Positions 1-9,984 are shown, counted from the first letter of the stretch. The stretch is 64,000 nucleotides of DNA from an uncultured delta proteobacterium (GCA_963804165.1 CAWDPO010000041.1:96001-160000), one strand, 5' to 3'. Numbers and translations: made by a program. Notes: generated by a model from the sequence alone, not told the origin.

Positions 1-687
1 CACCACCGCCAGCATTTCACCGACCCCCGGCTCACTCTTCAAGTAGGTCGTCTGGGGGCAGGGAGCAAACGCTGCTTGCATCTTTGCTTCGATGACCTTG
101 AGATTGGCTTGTACATGATCGAGTTCGTCAAGCATCAACTTCAGCGCTTCGCCGGTATGAGGGGGCAGTTTAGCCAGCAGTCCTTCGAGGATCTGTCGTC
201 CCTGCTTGCCAAAGGCGTCGCTGATTCCGTCCACCTTAAAGCCGTACTTACTTATAGTGGCGTGAATCCGATTCTTGAGTTGGGTGCGTTGATTGCTCAA
301 CACCATGCGGGTGCGCGGCAACTCCCGAGCGTCGCGCACCGCGGACGGGGGAATCCAGACCGTCGGCAGGGTTCCTGCCCTCTGCAAACGGTTCATTCCT
401 TTGGCATCCAACTTATCGCTCTTGTTGACGCTGCCGATCATCAGCTTGGCCAAGCGTGCATTGACCAGTTGCGGACTCCCTTTTCCAGCTTCGATCTCAT
501 CGACTACCCAGTACCAGTTCCCAACCGTCTCCACCGCCACGGGAGTTCCGGGATTCCACTTCTTGGTAAAGTTCTCGATGGTTCCACCAACGTGCGCGAG
601 TTTGCACTCATAGAGCTTATCGCCCTTGTCGTTTTCCACTCGCGCCCAGCTGTAGTGCTTGTGAACATCCAATGCAATGTATTCCAT
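1..687 (-). mobile_element. IS110-family transposase/recombinase, N-terminal 229 codons (runs off window edge; not in ORF track)
   Basis: Manual translation from ATG 687: MEYIALDVHKHYS...PVAVETVGNW...NKSDKLDAKG...RTQLKNRIH...LKSEPGVGEMLAVV, giving the DEDD RuvC-like motifs and the PGVG motif; RBS AAGGAGG upstream. Confidence 0.93.
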
Positions 688-792
688 TTGCGATTTCCTC
701 CTTCACCCGCCAGTCTAGTCACTGACGCTGTGGATTCCATCGCTTTCATATTAATCAGCATGACAACCCGCGAACAGCCAACTCCGCCAGAA
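688..792 (-). ncRNA. IS110 left non-coding end, candidate bridge-RNA region
   Basis: About 100 nt non-coding between an interrupted REP and the transposase RBS. IS110 elements are known to encode bridge RNAs in a non-coding end; function here is inferred. Confidence 0.35.
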
Positions 793-829
793 GAACCATT
801 CCGACTTCTCTCGCTTCGTGTCCTTAGTG
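790..829 (-). repeat. Half REP palindrome (CACTAAGGACACGAAG...CTTC) truncated by IS110
   Basis: Arm matches the palindromes at 17807-17854 and 21379-21437; the second arm stops after CTTC. Confidence 0.6.
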
Positions 830-836
830 CATTCTT

Positions 837-2256
837 CTAGGGTTTAACGAGTGCGGGCCGTCGCGTGTGCCAATCTGTTGCGCTTTGATAGGCTGCCGCC
901 ATATTTAAAACGGTTTGGTCGCCGAACCAGGCGCCGATCAACTGCATACCGATCGGCATGTTTTCCGGACTGATACCGCAGGGAAGCGAGCAGCCGGGCA
1001 AACCGAGCATGCTCGGAAAGCGCAACAGATTGGAATGATTGTAACTCGCGTGGCGTGTATCGTCGCCATTGCCTTTTACGCCGTCGACGAGGAGCGGCGC
1101 GACTCTGCCGGTGGTCGGCGAGGCGATGATGTCGACTTTCTCATACGCTGCGCGCACGCGCCTCACGAATCTTGTGGCGCGCGCGCTGGGCGGTTAAATA
1201 TTCGGACGCGGTGATCGTCATGCCCACGGCAATGCCTCGGGCGACGTGGGGCACATAATCTTGATGGCGCTCGCGAAACCAACGGCGGTTGATGCCGGCG
1301 CTCTCGGCGGAGCTGGTCAACATGGAAGTCATCGCGGCGTACTTTAGCTCGGGAACGTCGACATCGACGATTTCGCAACCTGCGTCACCGAAAATTTGGA
1401 GCGCTGCCTCGAAAGCTTGCTTCACGGCAGGGTTCACGCCTTCCAAAAATGGCCGAAGAACACCGACTTTCAAGCCTGTGATATTAGCGTCAAGCCGAGC
1501 TGAGTAAGCCGGTTTTTCTTGATGTACACTCGCCGGATCGCGCGGGTCGTGGCCGGCGATGGGGTCCAAACCCAATGTGATGTCTTGCACCGACCGCGCA
1601 AACAGCCCCACATGATCTTGACTCCAGGCACCGCGGAACGAGCCGTGACGGCTGATGATGCCGAACGTGGGTTTAAAACCGACGATGCCGCAATAGGACG
1701 CCGGCCTGCGCACCGACGATCCGGTCTCGGTGCCATAGGAGAGCGGACCGATGCCGGCGGCAACGGCGGCCGCGGAGCCACCGCTCGACCCGCCGGCGAT
1801 GCGATCCACATTCCACGGATTGTGGACCGGGCCGAAGTGAGAAAGCGTCGACGTGCCGCCGTGGCCGAACTCGTCGAGATTCGTTTTGCCGATGATGATT
1901 GCACCGGCTGCGTGCAAGCGTTCAACTAAATGTGAATCTGTCGTAGACACCCAGTCCGCCAGAATCTTCGATCCGCCTGTGGTCAGCACGCCGGCGGTCT
2001 CAAACATATCTTTGATCGTCACGGGCACGCCGTGCAGCGGGCCGCGATAGTTTCCGCGGGCGATTTCCTGATCTGCTTTGCTTGCTTCGGCGGGCGCTTG
2101 TTCGCGTAGAACCGTGATGAAAGCGTTGAGCTTGCCTTCAAGCTGATTCAGATGCATCAGTGCCGTTTTCACGGCCTCGGCAGACGACAGCTCGCGCGCC
2201 GCGATGAGTTGTGAAAGTTCGGTCAAATTCAATTCAAGAATATTACCGGGAGTCAT
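837..2256 (-). CDS. Amidase signature family (GatA/AtzE-like), frameshift near 1165
   Basis: GPLHGVPVTIKD, GKTNLDEF, GGSSGGSAAAVAAG, GTETGSSVRRPA; C-terminus (PIGMQLIG) continues in ORF 837-1166. Confidence 0.9.
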
Positions 2257-2258
2257 AG

Positions 2259-2447
2259 TCAAACCTTTTTGCTTGCGGGTTGCGCTTGCTGCGAAATCCA
2301 CGGCGTGCCTTGAGCGAACTCTTCCAGCTCGGCTACGACTCTTTCAAGATCGGCAATTTCGGCGGTGATGAATTCGAGATCGGTAGCCGAAAACTCAACT
2401 TCCTCGAGCAGCGCCAGTCTGTGCGCAATCTTGTCCTTGTCTGTCAT
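2259..2447 (-). CDS. Small acidic helical protein upstream of amidase (possible GatC/AtzG-like partner)
   Basis: 62 aa from ATG 2447 with RBS GAGGAG; stop lies 2 nt before the amidase start. Confidence 0.6.
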   Translation of the reverse strand: MTDKDKIAHRLALLEEVEFSATDLEFITAEIADLERVVAELEEFAQGTPWISQQAQPASKKV

Positions 2448-2643
2448 ACCATTCTCCTCTTGTGGCGCGGTCATAGAACGGGTGAATCTAAGTTGCGGCC
2501 CTATCTCTGTAGGGATTTATAACTGAATGGTGTTTGATACAAGAAGCGCAAAGTTCATCAGCGTTGGTCGAATGAAAAAGCACTATGGGAATTTGTGGAC
2601 TAATGAAGGCGCTTGTGTTTTATTAATTTAAACGAGGTCATCA

Positions 2644-3372
2644 ATGAAAATACGGGCGTTGGGATTTTGTCGCGCTGGCCGAGCCAAGCCATTCTTCGTC
2701 AGCGTTTTTGTCGCCGCATGGTGCTTCATCTCGGGCAGCCTTTCATGGGCAGAGACCATTAAAGGCAGTATCCGGTACGTGGGCGCGCCGATTGATAAAA
2801 AGAAAACTTCCGTGACGATCGATCAATACGTTTGCGGCAAGGAAAAAGATCCGGAAGACTTGCTGCTCTCCTCGAACAACGGTATCCGCAACGCCGTGGT
2901 GTCGCTGCAGAATGTCCCGCCAGGGGCGAAGAGAGACTGGAATTTTCCGGCCGCGAAGATGGATCAGAAGCAATGCTCGTTCATTCCGCGCGTGGTCATC
3001 GTGCCGGCGGGCGGAACGGTAGAGTTTCTCAATAGCGACCGGCTGTTGCATAACGTCAGAAGTGCCGGCAAGGAGAATCCGCCGTTCAACCGAGCGCAAC
3101 CGCATGCGCGGAGCATTTCCTTCACGTTCAAACAGCCCGAGCTGCTTCGGGTCGATTGCGATCTCCATTCCTGGATGCGCGGTTGGGTCGTGGTTGCCGA
3201 GCATCCGTTCTACGCCGTAACCAACGAACAGGGCGAGTTTACCTTGGAAAATGTGCCGCGAGGCAAGTACACGCTGCAGGTGTGGCAGGAAAATTTGGGA
3301 AATGTGACGCAGGAAGTAGTGGTGGCAGACAAAGGACCCACGACGGTCTCGGTGGCGATGGGCAAAAAATAA
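2644..3372 (+). CDS. Secreted cupredoxin-like / carboxypeptidase-regulatory-like domain protein
   Basis: Signal peptide; QKQCSFIPRV, LHNV and CDLHSWM motifs; C-terminal GEFTLENVPRGKYTL. Confidence 0.75.
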   Translation: MKIRALGFCRAGRAKPFFVSVFVAAWCFISGSLSWAETIKGSIRYVGAPIDKKKTSVTIDQYVCGKEKDPEDLLLSSNNGIRNAVVSLQNVPPGAKRDWNFPAAKMDQKQCSFIPRVVIVPAGGTVEFLNSDRLLHNVRSAGKENPPFNRAQPHARSISFTFKQPELLRVDCDLHSWMRGWVVVAEHPFYAVTNEQGEFTLENVPRGKYTLQVWQENLGNVTQEVVVADKGPTTVSVAMGKK

Positions 3373-3394
3373 AAACCGCCCGTTCCTTGACTCG

Positions 3395-3847
3395 CTAAGG
3401 AGCCACGGCGATTTTTTTGGCCGCTTCCCATCCGGCCGAATGGTTCGGTTCCGCGATTGCCCGAAGCGAGCCTCCCTCATCGAGCGCGATGGTAAATGTA
3501 ACCTTGGGAAAGGAATAGACCGGGTGGAGATAGACACGTGCGATCTCCGCGGTGTTGATGTATAGCGCGATGTAACGGATCGCGTGCTCGCTCAGGGAAG
3601 GATGTTCGCCGCCCGCCCCGATGTTGACGGTGACGTCAAACCATTGTCCGCGCTTGACGGAGTCCGGCGCGGTGATTTTCGGCGTATGTTTGGCATCAAA
3701 GGAGGTGCGTAATTCCTTGAACTCGGGAGTGAATTGCTCTTCCTGCGCAGCCCACACCGGTTGCGCTCTCCCACCGGCGACAAACGCGCCAAAAACAAGT
3801 CCGACCGCAGCGGCAGCCCAGATACGCGACCGTGGATGAACAATCAT
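3395..3847 (-). CDS. Secreted desulfoferrodoxin/superoxide-reductase-like (class II SORL-type) domain protein
   Basis: KHTPKI, VNIG..EHP...EHAIRYIALY, P.VTF motifs; N-terminal signal peptide. Confidence 0.65.
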   Translation of the reverse strand: MIVHPRSRIWAAAAVGLVFGAFVAGGRAQPVWAAQEEQFTPEFKELRTSFDAKHTPKITAPDSVKRGQWFDVTVNIGAGGEHPSLSEHAIRYIALYINTAEIARVYLHPVYSFPKVTFTIALDEGGSLRAIAEPNHSAGWEAAKKIAVAP

Positions 3848-3891
3848 TTTTTAAATCCTCCCGTGTTTGACTAGCAAGTTCACCAATTCCA

Positions 3892-4944
3892 CTATGCCCC
3901 GCTAAGTACGTCGTAGGCCAGAACGCTTTCCTGCTTCCCGGCCACTCGCAAGAGCCCAAGATCGCGAACCCGCACGGCGTCCTTCACCCGGTCGTAGGTG
4001 TTCCCTGTGATCAGGATTTGTCCTGGTCCGGCATTCGCTTCGAATCGCTGGGCGATGTTGACCTCGTTGCCAATCACCGTGTAATCGGTTCTTCGCTCGG
4101 AGCCAATGTTCCCGGCAATGACAATGCCCGTGTTGATGCCAACACCCATGTGTAGACGAACCTCAGGAAACTTTGTGAAAGTGACTCGCATCAATTTTTC
4201 CTGAATGGCGAGGGCACAGCGGACCGCGCTTAAGGGATCATCTTCGCGAGCGATGGGCGCCCCAAAGAAGGCCATGAATCCATCGCCGCGAAATTTGTCG
4301 AGCGTCCCTCTGAATTCAAAGACGGTGTCGATGACGAGCTTCAAATAGCAATTGAGGATATCGACCACGTCCTGCGGATCGAGTTGTTCGGCGAGGGGTG
4401 TAAATCCCCGAAGGTCGCCGAACAGAATCGTGACCTCGCGCTTGTCGCCGCCCAACTTCAGATGACGCCCCGGATCGGCGACGATCTCGGCAGCCACGTC
4501 CGCAGAAACGTACCGGCCAAAGAGGTTACGGAGCAGATGGTTCTTTGTCTCGACGTCATCGTGGAGCGTCTTGATCCTGAGGAGCGACTTGACTCGCGTC
4601 AGGAGCTCTTCCCGGTTTACGGGTTTGCTCAGAAAATCGTCGGCCCCTGCTTCGATGCCGCGTATGCGGTCAGCCACGTCGGTGAGCGCGGTCAACATCA
4701 CGACGGGAAGGAGACAGGTGGCTTCATTGGCGCGGATACGCTGGCAAACTTCGTAACCGGACATACCCGGCATCATCACATCGAGCAGGACAAGATCCGG
4801 TGCTGCGCTGCCGATGAGCTCGAGAGCCGTAGGGCCGTCCTCTGCGGTAACTACTTCGTAGTGCGCCGATGTCAGCGCCCTCTCAAGTAGAGTCAGATTC
4901 TGCTTGTTGTCGTCAACTGCCAGAATGCGGGGAAGTCCACTCAC
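3892..4944 (-). CDS. Response regulator fused to class III adenylate cyclase
   Basis: REC (VDD, LLDVMMP, KP) plus LFGDLRGFT, DKFRGDG, DYTVIGNEVNIAQRFE. Confidence 0.93.
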   Translation of the reverse strand: MSGLPRILAVDDNKQNLTLLERALTSAHYEVVTAEDGPTALELIGSAAPDLVLLDVMMPGMSGYEVCQRIRANEATCLLPVVMLTALTDVADRIRGIEAGADDFLSKPVNREELLTRVKSLLRIKTLHDDVETKNHLLRNLFGRYVSADVAAEIVADPGRHLKLGGDKREVTILFGDLRGFTPLAEQLDPQDVVDILNCYLKLVIDTVFEFRGTLDKFRGDGFMAFFGAPIAREDDPLSAVRCALAIQEKLMRVTFTKFPEVRLHMGVGINTGIVIAGNIGSERRTDYTVIGNEVNIAQRFEANAGPGQILITGNTYDRVKDAVRVRDLGLLRVAGKQESVLAYDVLSGA

Positions 4945-4965
4945 GATGAATCAACTCTCAAAAAT

Positions 4966-5340
4966 TTATTGCTCAGGCAGCAAGTTCCGGATCAACTGCA
5001 ACAGCTCGCGCGGACTGTATGGCTTTGCCATATACGCCGTCGCCCCCGCATCCTTGGCTTTCTGGTCGTCGCCGCTGAGGGCAAACGAGGTAATTACGAC
5101 GATCGGGATAGCAGCGGTCTTAGGGTCGGCGCGAAGCCGGCGCGTCGCGTCCAGTCCGGACATCTTGGGAAGTTGGATGTCCATCAGGATCAGGTCGGGA
5201 ACCTCCTTGAGCGCGGTTGCCACGCCCAGCTCGCCGTCCGTCGCCTCGATCAGCCGGTAAGTGGTCCGCGCCAATAACTGGCGCACCATCTTCAGGTTAA
5301 ACTCGTTGTCTTCTACGTAAAGAATCGTCTTGCCGCTCAT
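4966..5340 (-). CDS. Single-domain response regulator (DivK-like)
   Basis: VEDNEFNL, DLILMDIQLP, IPIVVITSFA, KPYS. Confidence 0.93.
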   Translation of the reverse strand: MSGKTILYVEDNEFNLKMVRQLLARTTYRLIEATDGELGVATALKEVPDLILMDIQLPKMSGLDATRRLRADPKTAAIPIVVITSFALSGDDQKAKDAGATAYMAKPYSPRELLQLIRNLLPEQ

Positions 5341-7040
5341 GTGACCTCACCGTGATTCATGCGCAGAGGGATGGTAAAGAAAAAAGTCGATCCCTTGCCC
5401 AATTCGCTATCCACCCAGATCCGGCCGCCATGCATTTCCACGAATTTCTTTGTGATGTTCAGTCCGAGTCCGGTCCCACTGAACTCACGCGTGATTGCCG
5501 TGTCTACTTGTTGGAATTCACCGAAGATATTTTCGAGTTCGTTCGTAGGTATGCCGATTCCGGTATCCGATACGCGATAGAGCAAGTTTTCCCCTTGCTG
5601 CTCCACCCAGAGCGACACGCGTCCGTGCTTGCTGAATTTCAGCGCGTTTCCCACCAGGTTCATCAGACATTGGGTGATCCGCTTGCCGTCGCCCAGCGCG
5701 AGGGGAATATCATCCTCGGCCGCGGCGACGAAGTCCAAACCTTTTTCCAAAGCGAGCGATTGGAGCGAAGAACGGACGATCTCCACGACATCCTGGACCG
5801 AATACTCCGCCAAAACAAGCTCCATGCGGCCGGCTTCGATCTTGGAGAGATCCAGCACGTCGTTGATCAGGCGCAGCAGATGCTTGCCGTTGGTTTGGAC
5901 ATCCGTCAAAGGCTCCCGCAGGTGGGCCGGAACCTCGCCGTAGATCTCGTCGAGCATCATCTCGACAAAGCCGAGGATCGCATTCATCGGCGTGCGCAGC
6001 TCGTGTGACATGTTGGCGAGGAAATTCGATTTTGCTTTGCTGGCTTGCTGGAGCTGCTCGTTCAACCGCTGCAGTTCCTGAGACGCCTGATTCTGACTCT
6101 CGTAGAGACGGTGCAGTTCCTGGCTCATGTGGTTCATATGCGCCGCCAACGCGCCGAACTCGTCGCGATTTGGCACGTTGATCGTCGCCGCAAAGTTTCC
6201 TTTCGCCACCTCGCTCAGGAAGCCATGAGCCTTCTGCACGGGTAGGATAAAGGACCATGAGATGATGAAACCTAACAACAACGCCACCAGCATCAATGTC
6301 GCGGCGCTGACCGCCATGAGGATCAGCGTATTCCGGTTGGCCGCGGCGACGTTGGCCCGGAGTTGGTCCATCTTGTTGCGCTCGCGCTCGACCAACTGCG
6401 TGACGAATTCTTCGATGCGCCGATAGAGAGGATACTGCTTGTTCTGCTGCAGCCGCATCGCAGCTTCGACTTTACCGTCCCGAATCAGGTTTGCAATATC
6501 GGCCACGGTGGTCAGCGCCTCTCCCTGGGCGGTGCGGATCCGTTGGATCAGCTCTACCTCTTCCGGTTGAGCGGCCTTCTCAAGACGAGCCAGTGTATTG
6601 TTGAATCGGTTGTTCTCACGAAGAATGCTTTCGACCGTGGCCTCGCTTCGCAAGAGCAAAGCCATGGCTGTGAAGTTCATCTGCATGGCCAGGGCGTGCT
6701 GGATATCCTGCGACCAGTGCACCCGTTCGTGAGCCTCATCCAGGAGTTGGGCCTGACTGGACATTTTGGCGATGATCTGAAGGCTCATGGCGCCAATGCC
6801 GATCACCAGCAAAGTGACGAGGAGATAACCGGCGAGCAGTTTTGCATGAACCGAGGCCTTGATGGCCGCAACCCAATGCACCAACCTTCCCAACGGTGAT
6901 CGGGTCAGGAGAAACTGCACAATCCGTTCTTCCAAGCCGGCTGGCGCCGGAGCGGAGATCACGTCGCCGTCAGGAAGAGTGACTTCTGGTTTTGACACGT
7001 ACCTACTCTGCGGATCTAGCGCGAAGCTAGCAAAGGCCAA
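5337..7040 (-). CDS. Membrane sensor histidine kinase (helical sensor, HAMP, HisKA, HATPase); alternative start GTG 6998
   Basis: Two TM helices; FLANMSHELRTPMNAI, NLVGNALKF, DTGIGI, GTGLGL. Confidence 0.95.
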   Translation of the reverse strand: MAFASFALDPQSRYVSKPEVTLPDGDVISAPAPAGLEERIVQFLLTRSPLGRLVHWVAAIKASVHAKLLAGYLLVTLLVIGIGAMSLQIIAKMSSQAQLLDEAHERVHWSQDIQHALAMQMNFTAMALLLRSEATVESILRENNRFNNTLARLEKAAQPEEVELIQRIRTAQGEALTTVADIANLIRDGKVEAAMRLQQNKQYPLYRRIEEFVTQLVERERNKMDQLRANVAAANRNTLILMAVSAATLMLVALLLGFIISWSFILPVQKAHGFLSEVAKGNFAATINVPNRDEFGALAAHMNHMSQELHRLYESQNQASQELQRLNEQLQQASKAKSNFLANMSHELRTPMNAILGFVEMMLDEIYGEVPAHLREPLTDVQTNGKHLLRLINDVLDLSKIEAGRMELVLAEYSVQDVVEIVRSSLQSLALEKGLDFVAAAEDDIPLALGDGKRITQCLMNLVGNALKFSKHGRVSLWVEQQGENLLYRVSDTGIGIPTNELENIFGEFQQVDTAITREFSGTGLGLNITKKFVEMHGGRIWVDSELGKGSTFFFTIPLRMNHGEVT

Positions 7041-7073
7041 TCTGCTTCGTCAAGGTAACTGTCCGCGCGCTCG

Positions 7074-7104
7074 TTTGACAGGACGCCAACCTGTCGAATA
7101 TTTT
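7074..7104 (+). promoter_or_regulatory. Putative sigma70 promoter overlapped by a dyad (possible operator)
   Basis: TTGACA 7075-80, 18 nt, TATTTT; inverted repeat TTTGACAGG-N7-CCTGTCGAA. Confidence 0.4.
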
Positions 7105-7214
7105 AACTTGCAGAACGTTAAGCGCGCCACCGCGCTCGTAAGTTTTACAGAGATCGCCGACTTTTGCAGTACCTCGGGCATCTCGCTCGTCGAGAGGGAG
7201 GTTGCAAAGCAACG

Positions 7215-7559
7215 ATGCCGGTTTTCGAGTTTAGATGCAAAGAGTGCGAAGCAGTGACGGAAGTTCTCTGCTGGGGCGCCGGGTTCGCGAAGCATCGGGT
7301 GACTTGCGGTCAGTGCGGCAGCAAGGCCACCGCGAAGGTGATTTCCCGGGTAAGCTTCAAGGTCGCGAAGCCGGCCAAGTACAGTGAAGAGTTCTTGCAC
7401 AAAGCCCGGCCGTTTTTACGCAGGCAGAAAGAAACGGCGGAATATTTCGCCGAGGGAAAGGGCTCGGAAGATTCCAGAACCTTTGATCTCGCGGAGCGGA
7501 TCGGCGAGCGCATCGATCGAACCCTCACGACTCGGGTGCCGTCGCGCAAAATGAAGTAA
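7215..7559 (+). CDS. FmdB-family zinc-ribbon protein
   Basis: MPVFEFRCKEC...CGQCGS...KVIS. Confidence 0.85.
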   Translation: MPVFEFRCKECEAVTEVLCWGAGFAKHRVTCGQCGSKATAKVISRVSFKVAKPAKYSEEFLHKARPFLRRQKETAEYFAEGKGSEDSRTFDLAERIGERIDRTLTTRVPSRKMK

Positions 7560-7585
7560 CTCGACATTCCAAGGAAGGCGGAACG

Positions 7586-8725
7586 ATGTGGAACGGATTT
7601 AAAGTCATCGATTCGGACGCGCACCACCATGAACCGATAGACATGTGGGAGCGCTATCTGGAGCCGCAGTACCGAGACCGGGTCCCCAAGGTCATCGGCA
7701 TGCAGCGCAATTTCTACGTCTATGCTCAGGATAACCAGTTGTCCCCCGTGTTAGAAGCGGGCTCGCCGATACCTGCCCATCACGATAAATGGATGGCGGA
7801 CAAGTACGGCGAAGCGTACGACCGATGGTGGTCGCCTGACATTCGCCTCAAAGACATGGATCGCTACGGGTGGGACATTCAAGTCATACTCTCGACCAAT
7901 GGCAATCGCATCATGGAGAGCGCGATACAAAACCCTCAAGTTGGCGGCGCCATGGCGCGGGCCTATCACAACTGGTGTCATGATTATGCCAGCGCCGACC
8001 GCGCGCGCCTGAAGTTCACCGCTACTTTGCCTGCCGGCGATAGCGTAGCCATGGTTGCAGAAGCTCGGCGCGCGGTAGAAAAGCTCGGCGCCGTCTCGGT
8101 GCGCAACCCCTTGCTGCCGCCCGGCAAATGGTTGCACGAACCCGAATACGATGCGCTGTGGCAGCTCGCCAGCGATCTTGATTTCCCCATCTCCGTTCAC
8201 GGCGAATCGCGCCATGTTCGGGCCGCGCCGTTTCGTGCGCTGCGAGCAGATGAGGGGCCTTTCAGCGCGCTCGATCACGTGATCGGCTTTCCGATGGACA
8301 ATATGGTGACCCTGGCGCACTTCATTTTCACCGGTATCTTGGATCGCTTTCCCAAGCTGCGGCTTGGCATTTTGGAGTCTAACGCCGGCTGGGCCAATTT
8401 TTGGCTGCCGCGCATGGACGATCACTCCCATGGGCGCCGGCTCATCCTCGGCGCCGGCTTGCCTCTGAAACCGAGCGAATACGTCAACCGGCAGTGCGTG
8501 ATCTCCGCCGACCCCGACGAGCCTGGCCTCGACGGGGTAATCGACTTCATGGGCGACGACAATCTCGTCTGGAACACCGATTATCCTCATCCGGATGCGC
8601 CGGACCCGGATAAAGTTTTGCCCTGGTTCTCGGCTCAACCCATTTCGGACGACAGCAAGCGAAAAATATTATGGGACAACGCGATCAGACTCTACGGGCC
8701 GCGGCTGTTGAAAAGCAGCCCATAG
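7586..8725 (+). CDS. Amidohydrolase_2 family protein
   Basis: IDSDAHHHEP, ISVHG, LESNAGW, WNTDYPH, ILWDNA. Confidence 0.9.
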   Translation: MWNGFKVIDSDAHHHEPIDMWERYLEPQYRDRVPKVIGMQRNFYVYAQDNQLSPVLEAGSPIPAHHDKWMADKYGEAYDRWWSPDIRLKDMDRYGWDIQVILSTNGNRIMESAIQNPQVGGAMARAYHNWCHDYASADRARLKFTATLPAGDSVAMVAEARRAVEKLGAVSVRNPLLPPGKWLHEPEYDALWQLASDLDFPISVHGESRHVRAAPFRALRADEGPFSALDHVIGFPMDNMVTLAHFIFTGILDRFPKLRLGILESNAGWANFWLPRMDDHSHGRRLILGAGLPLKPSEYVNRQCVISADPDEPGLDGVIDFMGDDNLVWNTDYPHPDAPDPDKVLPWFSAQPISDDSKRKILWDNAIRLYGPRLLKSSP

Positions 8726-8823
8726 GGTTCACGAACGCGACGTCGTTTCAATTCTTGAAATTCGCTGGCGGTGGAATTTTTGCAGATCACTAGCGATCAA
8801 CCGCCAGTCGACTGTCTGGGCAG

Positions 8824-9984
8824 TTACTTTCTTTGCTCCAACGCTTGCTTGATGAGGTCGTCTACCGGCTTCATTTCCATCCAGCCTGGATTCCACATGA
8901 CAATGTAGTTCGCGCCGTCACGGCGCCGCATCATCGGCTGCACGTCGGTCTTGGGGATGTCGATTCTGAGCGAATCGTTTCTGCCGGCGCTTTCGGGGTC
9001 TCTTTGTACGGCGATCTGGCCTTCGCGGGAAAGCAGCCAGTTGAGCAAAACTTTGGCGGCGCTAGGATGTGCCGGTTTATCCATCAGGGCATAGGCTCCG
9101 GAAATCGGATCGAGTCCGACGCCTTCCTTCCAGCTCGTTGTGTCGAGGACTTGCACAGACAACCCTTGTTGTTTCGCATTCAGCGTGTCGTCGGTCTGGC
9201 TGAAAAGAAAAATCGTGTAGCGCTTTTGCGCCAGCCAGTCGGTCGCCTGGCGGTAGTCGCGCGAAAACACCAAGTCCATCTCGCCGAGAAGACGCCGCAG
9301 ATACAGTGGCCCGAGGTCCGGATTGTAATAGAGAAAGCGCGAGCCATTGCGTCCCTCGCCCGTTCTGGGATCGGTGGCGACGATTTTGCCCTTCCATTTT
9401 GGCTGGAGCAGATCCCAGTAGGATTTGAATTCCGCAGGATTGACGAGGTCGGTGTTGTAGCTGGCGAAGCGCAAGTAAACGCTGGCGCCGGAAACGAAAA
9501 GATGTTTGCCTTCGACATCCCCGTAATGGTGTTTGCCCTGCCACCATTTTGACGGATCGCGCACTTCGGGAAGAATGAGCGCCGAATCGATCGGCTGCAA
9601 CGTTTTTCCTCGGTACAGCGAATGGGCTGAAGTCAAGCCGCAGCGCACGACGTCGGCGAGGTGCTTTCCGGCGCGTCTTTCCGTCATGATGCGCGCAACG
9701 ATTTGGCTGCAAGATGCCGAGACGCTCGTCGTCTTTATTTTGGGAAACGTCCTATGAAACTCTTCGAGCAAACGATGGCTGCCGCTAGCTGAGTAAACGA
9801 CTTCTCCCTCTAGCTCCGCCGCTTTGACGACTTTTTCCCATTCGCTTTGCGAGACCGATTCGCCGGCGAGAGCGCTGCGAGCATGAAACGTCAGACTCAC
9901 GAAAAGGGCAAACCCTAAAACCCGGCAAACCGGCCAGCTTGCCCTGGTCATGACAAAAACCTTGCCGCTTTCTGATCGGAACAT
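8824..9984 (-). CDS. Extracellular solute-binding protein (Fe3+/thiamine-type cluster)
   Basis: Signal peptide; AAELEGEV, YNTDLV, SYWDLLQPKWKGKI, PAHPSAAKVLLNWLLSREGQ. Confidence 0.88.
   Translation of the reverse strand: MFRSESGKVFVMTRASWPVCRVLGFALFVSLTFHARSALAGESVSQSEWEKVVKAAELEGEVVYSASGSHRLLEEFHRTFPKIKTTSVSASCSQIVARIMTERRAGKHLADVVRCGLTSAHSLYRGKTLQPIDSALILPEVRDPSKWWQGKHHYGDVEGKHLFVSGASVYLRFASYNTDLVNPAEFKSYWDLLQPKWKGKIVATDPRTGEGRNGSRFLYYNPDLGPLYLRRLLGEMDLVFSRDYRQATDWLAQKRYTIFLFSQTDDTLNAKQQGLSVQVLDTTSWKEGVGLDPISGAYALMDKPAHPSAAKVLLNWLLSREGQIAVQRDPESAGRNDSLRIDIPKTDVQPMMRRRDGANYIVMWNPGWMEMKPVDDLIKQALEQRK

Noticed and set aside
76-840. 254-aa plus-strand ORF
   Set aside because: Antisense shadow of the IS110 transposase
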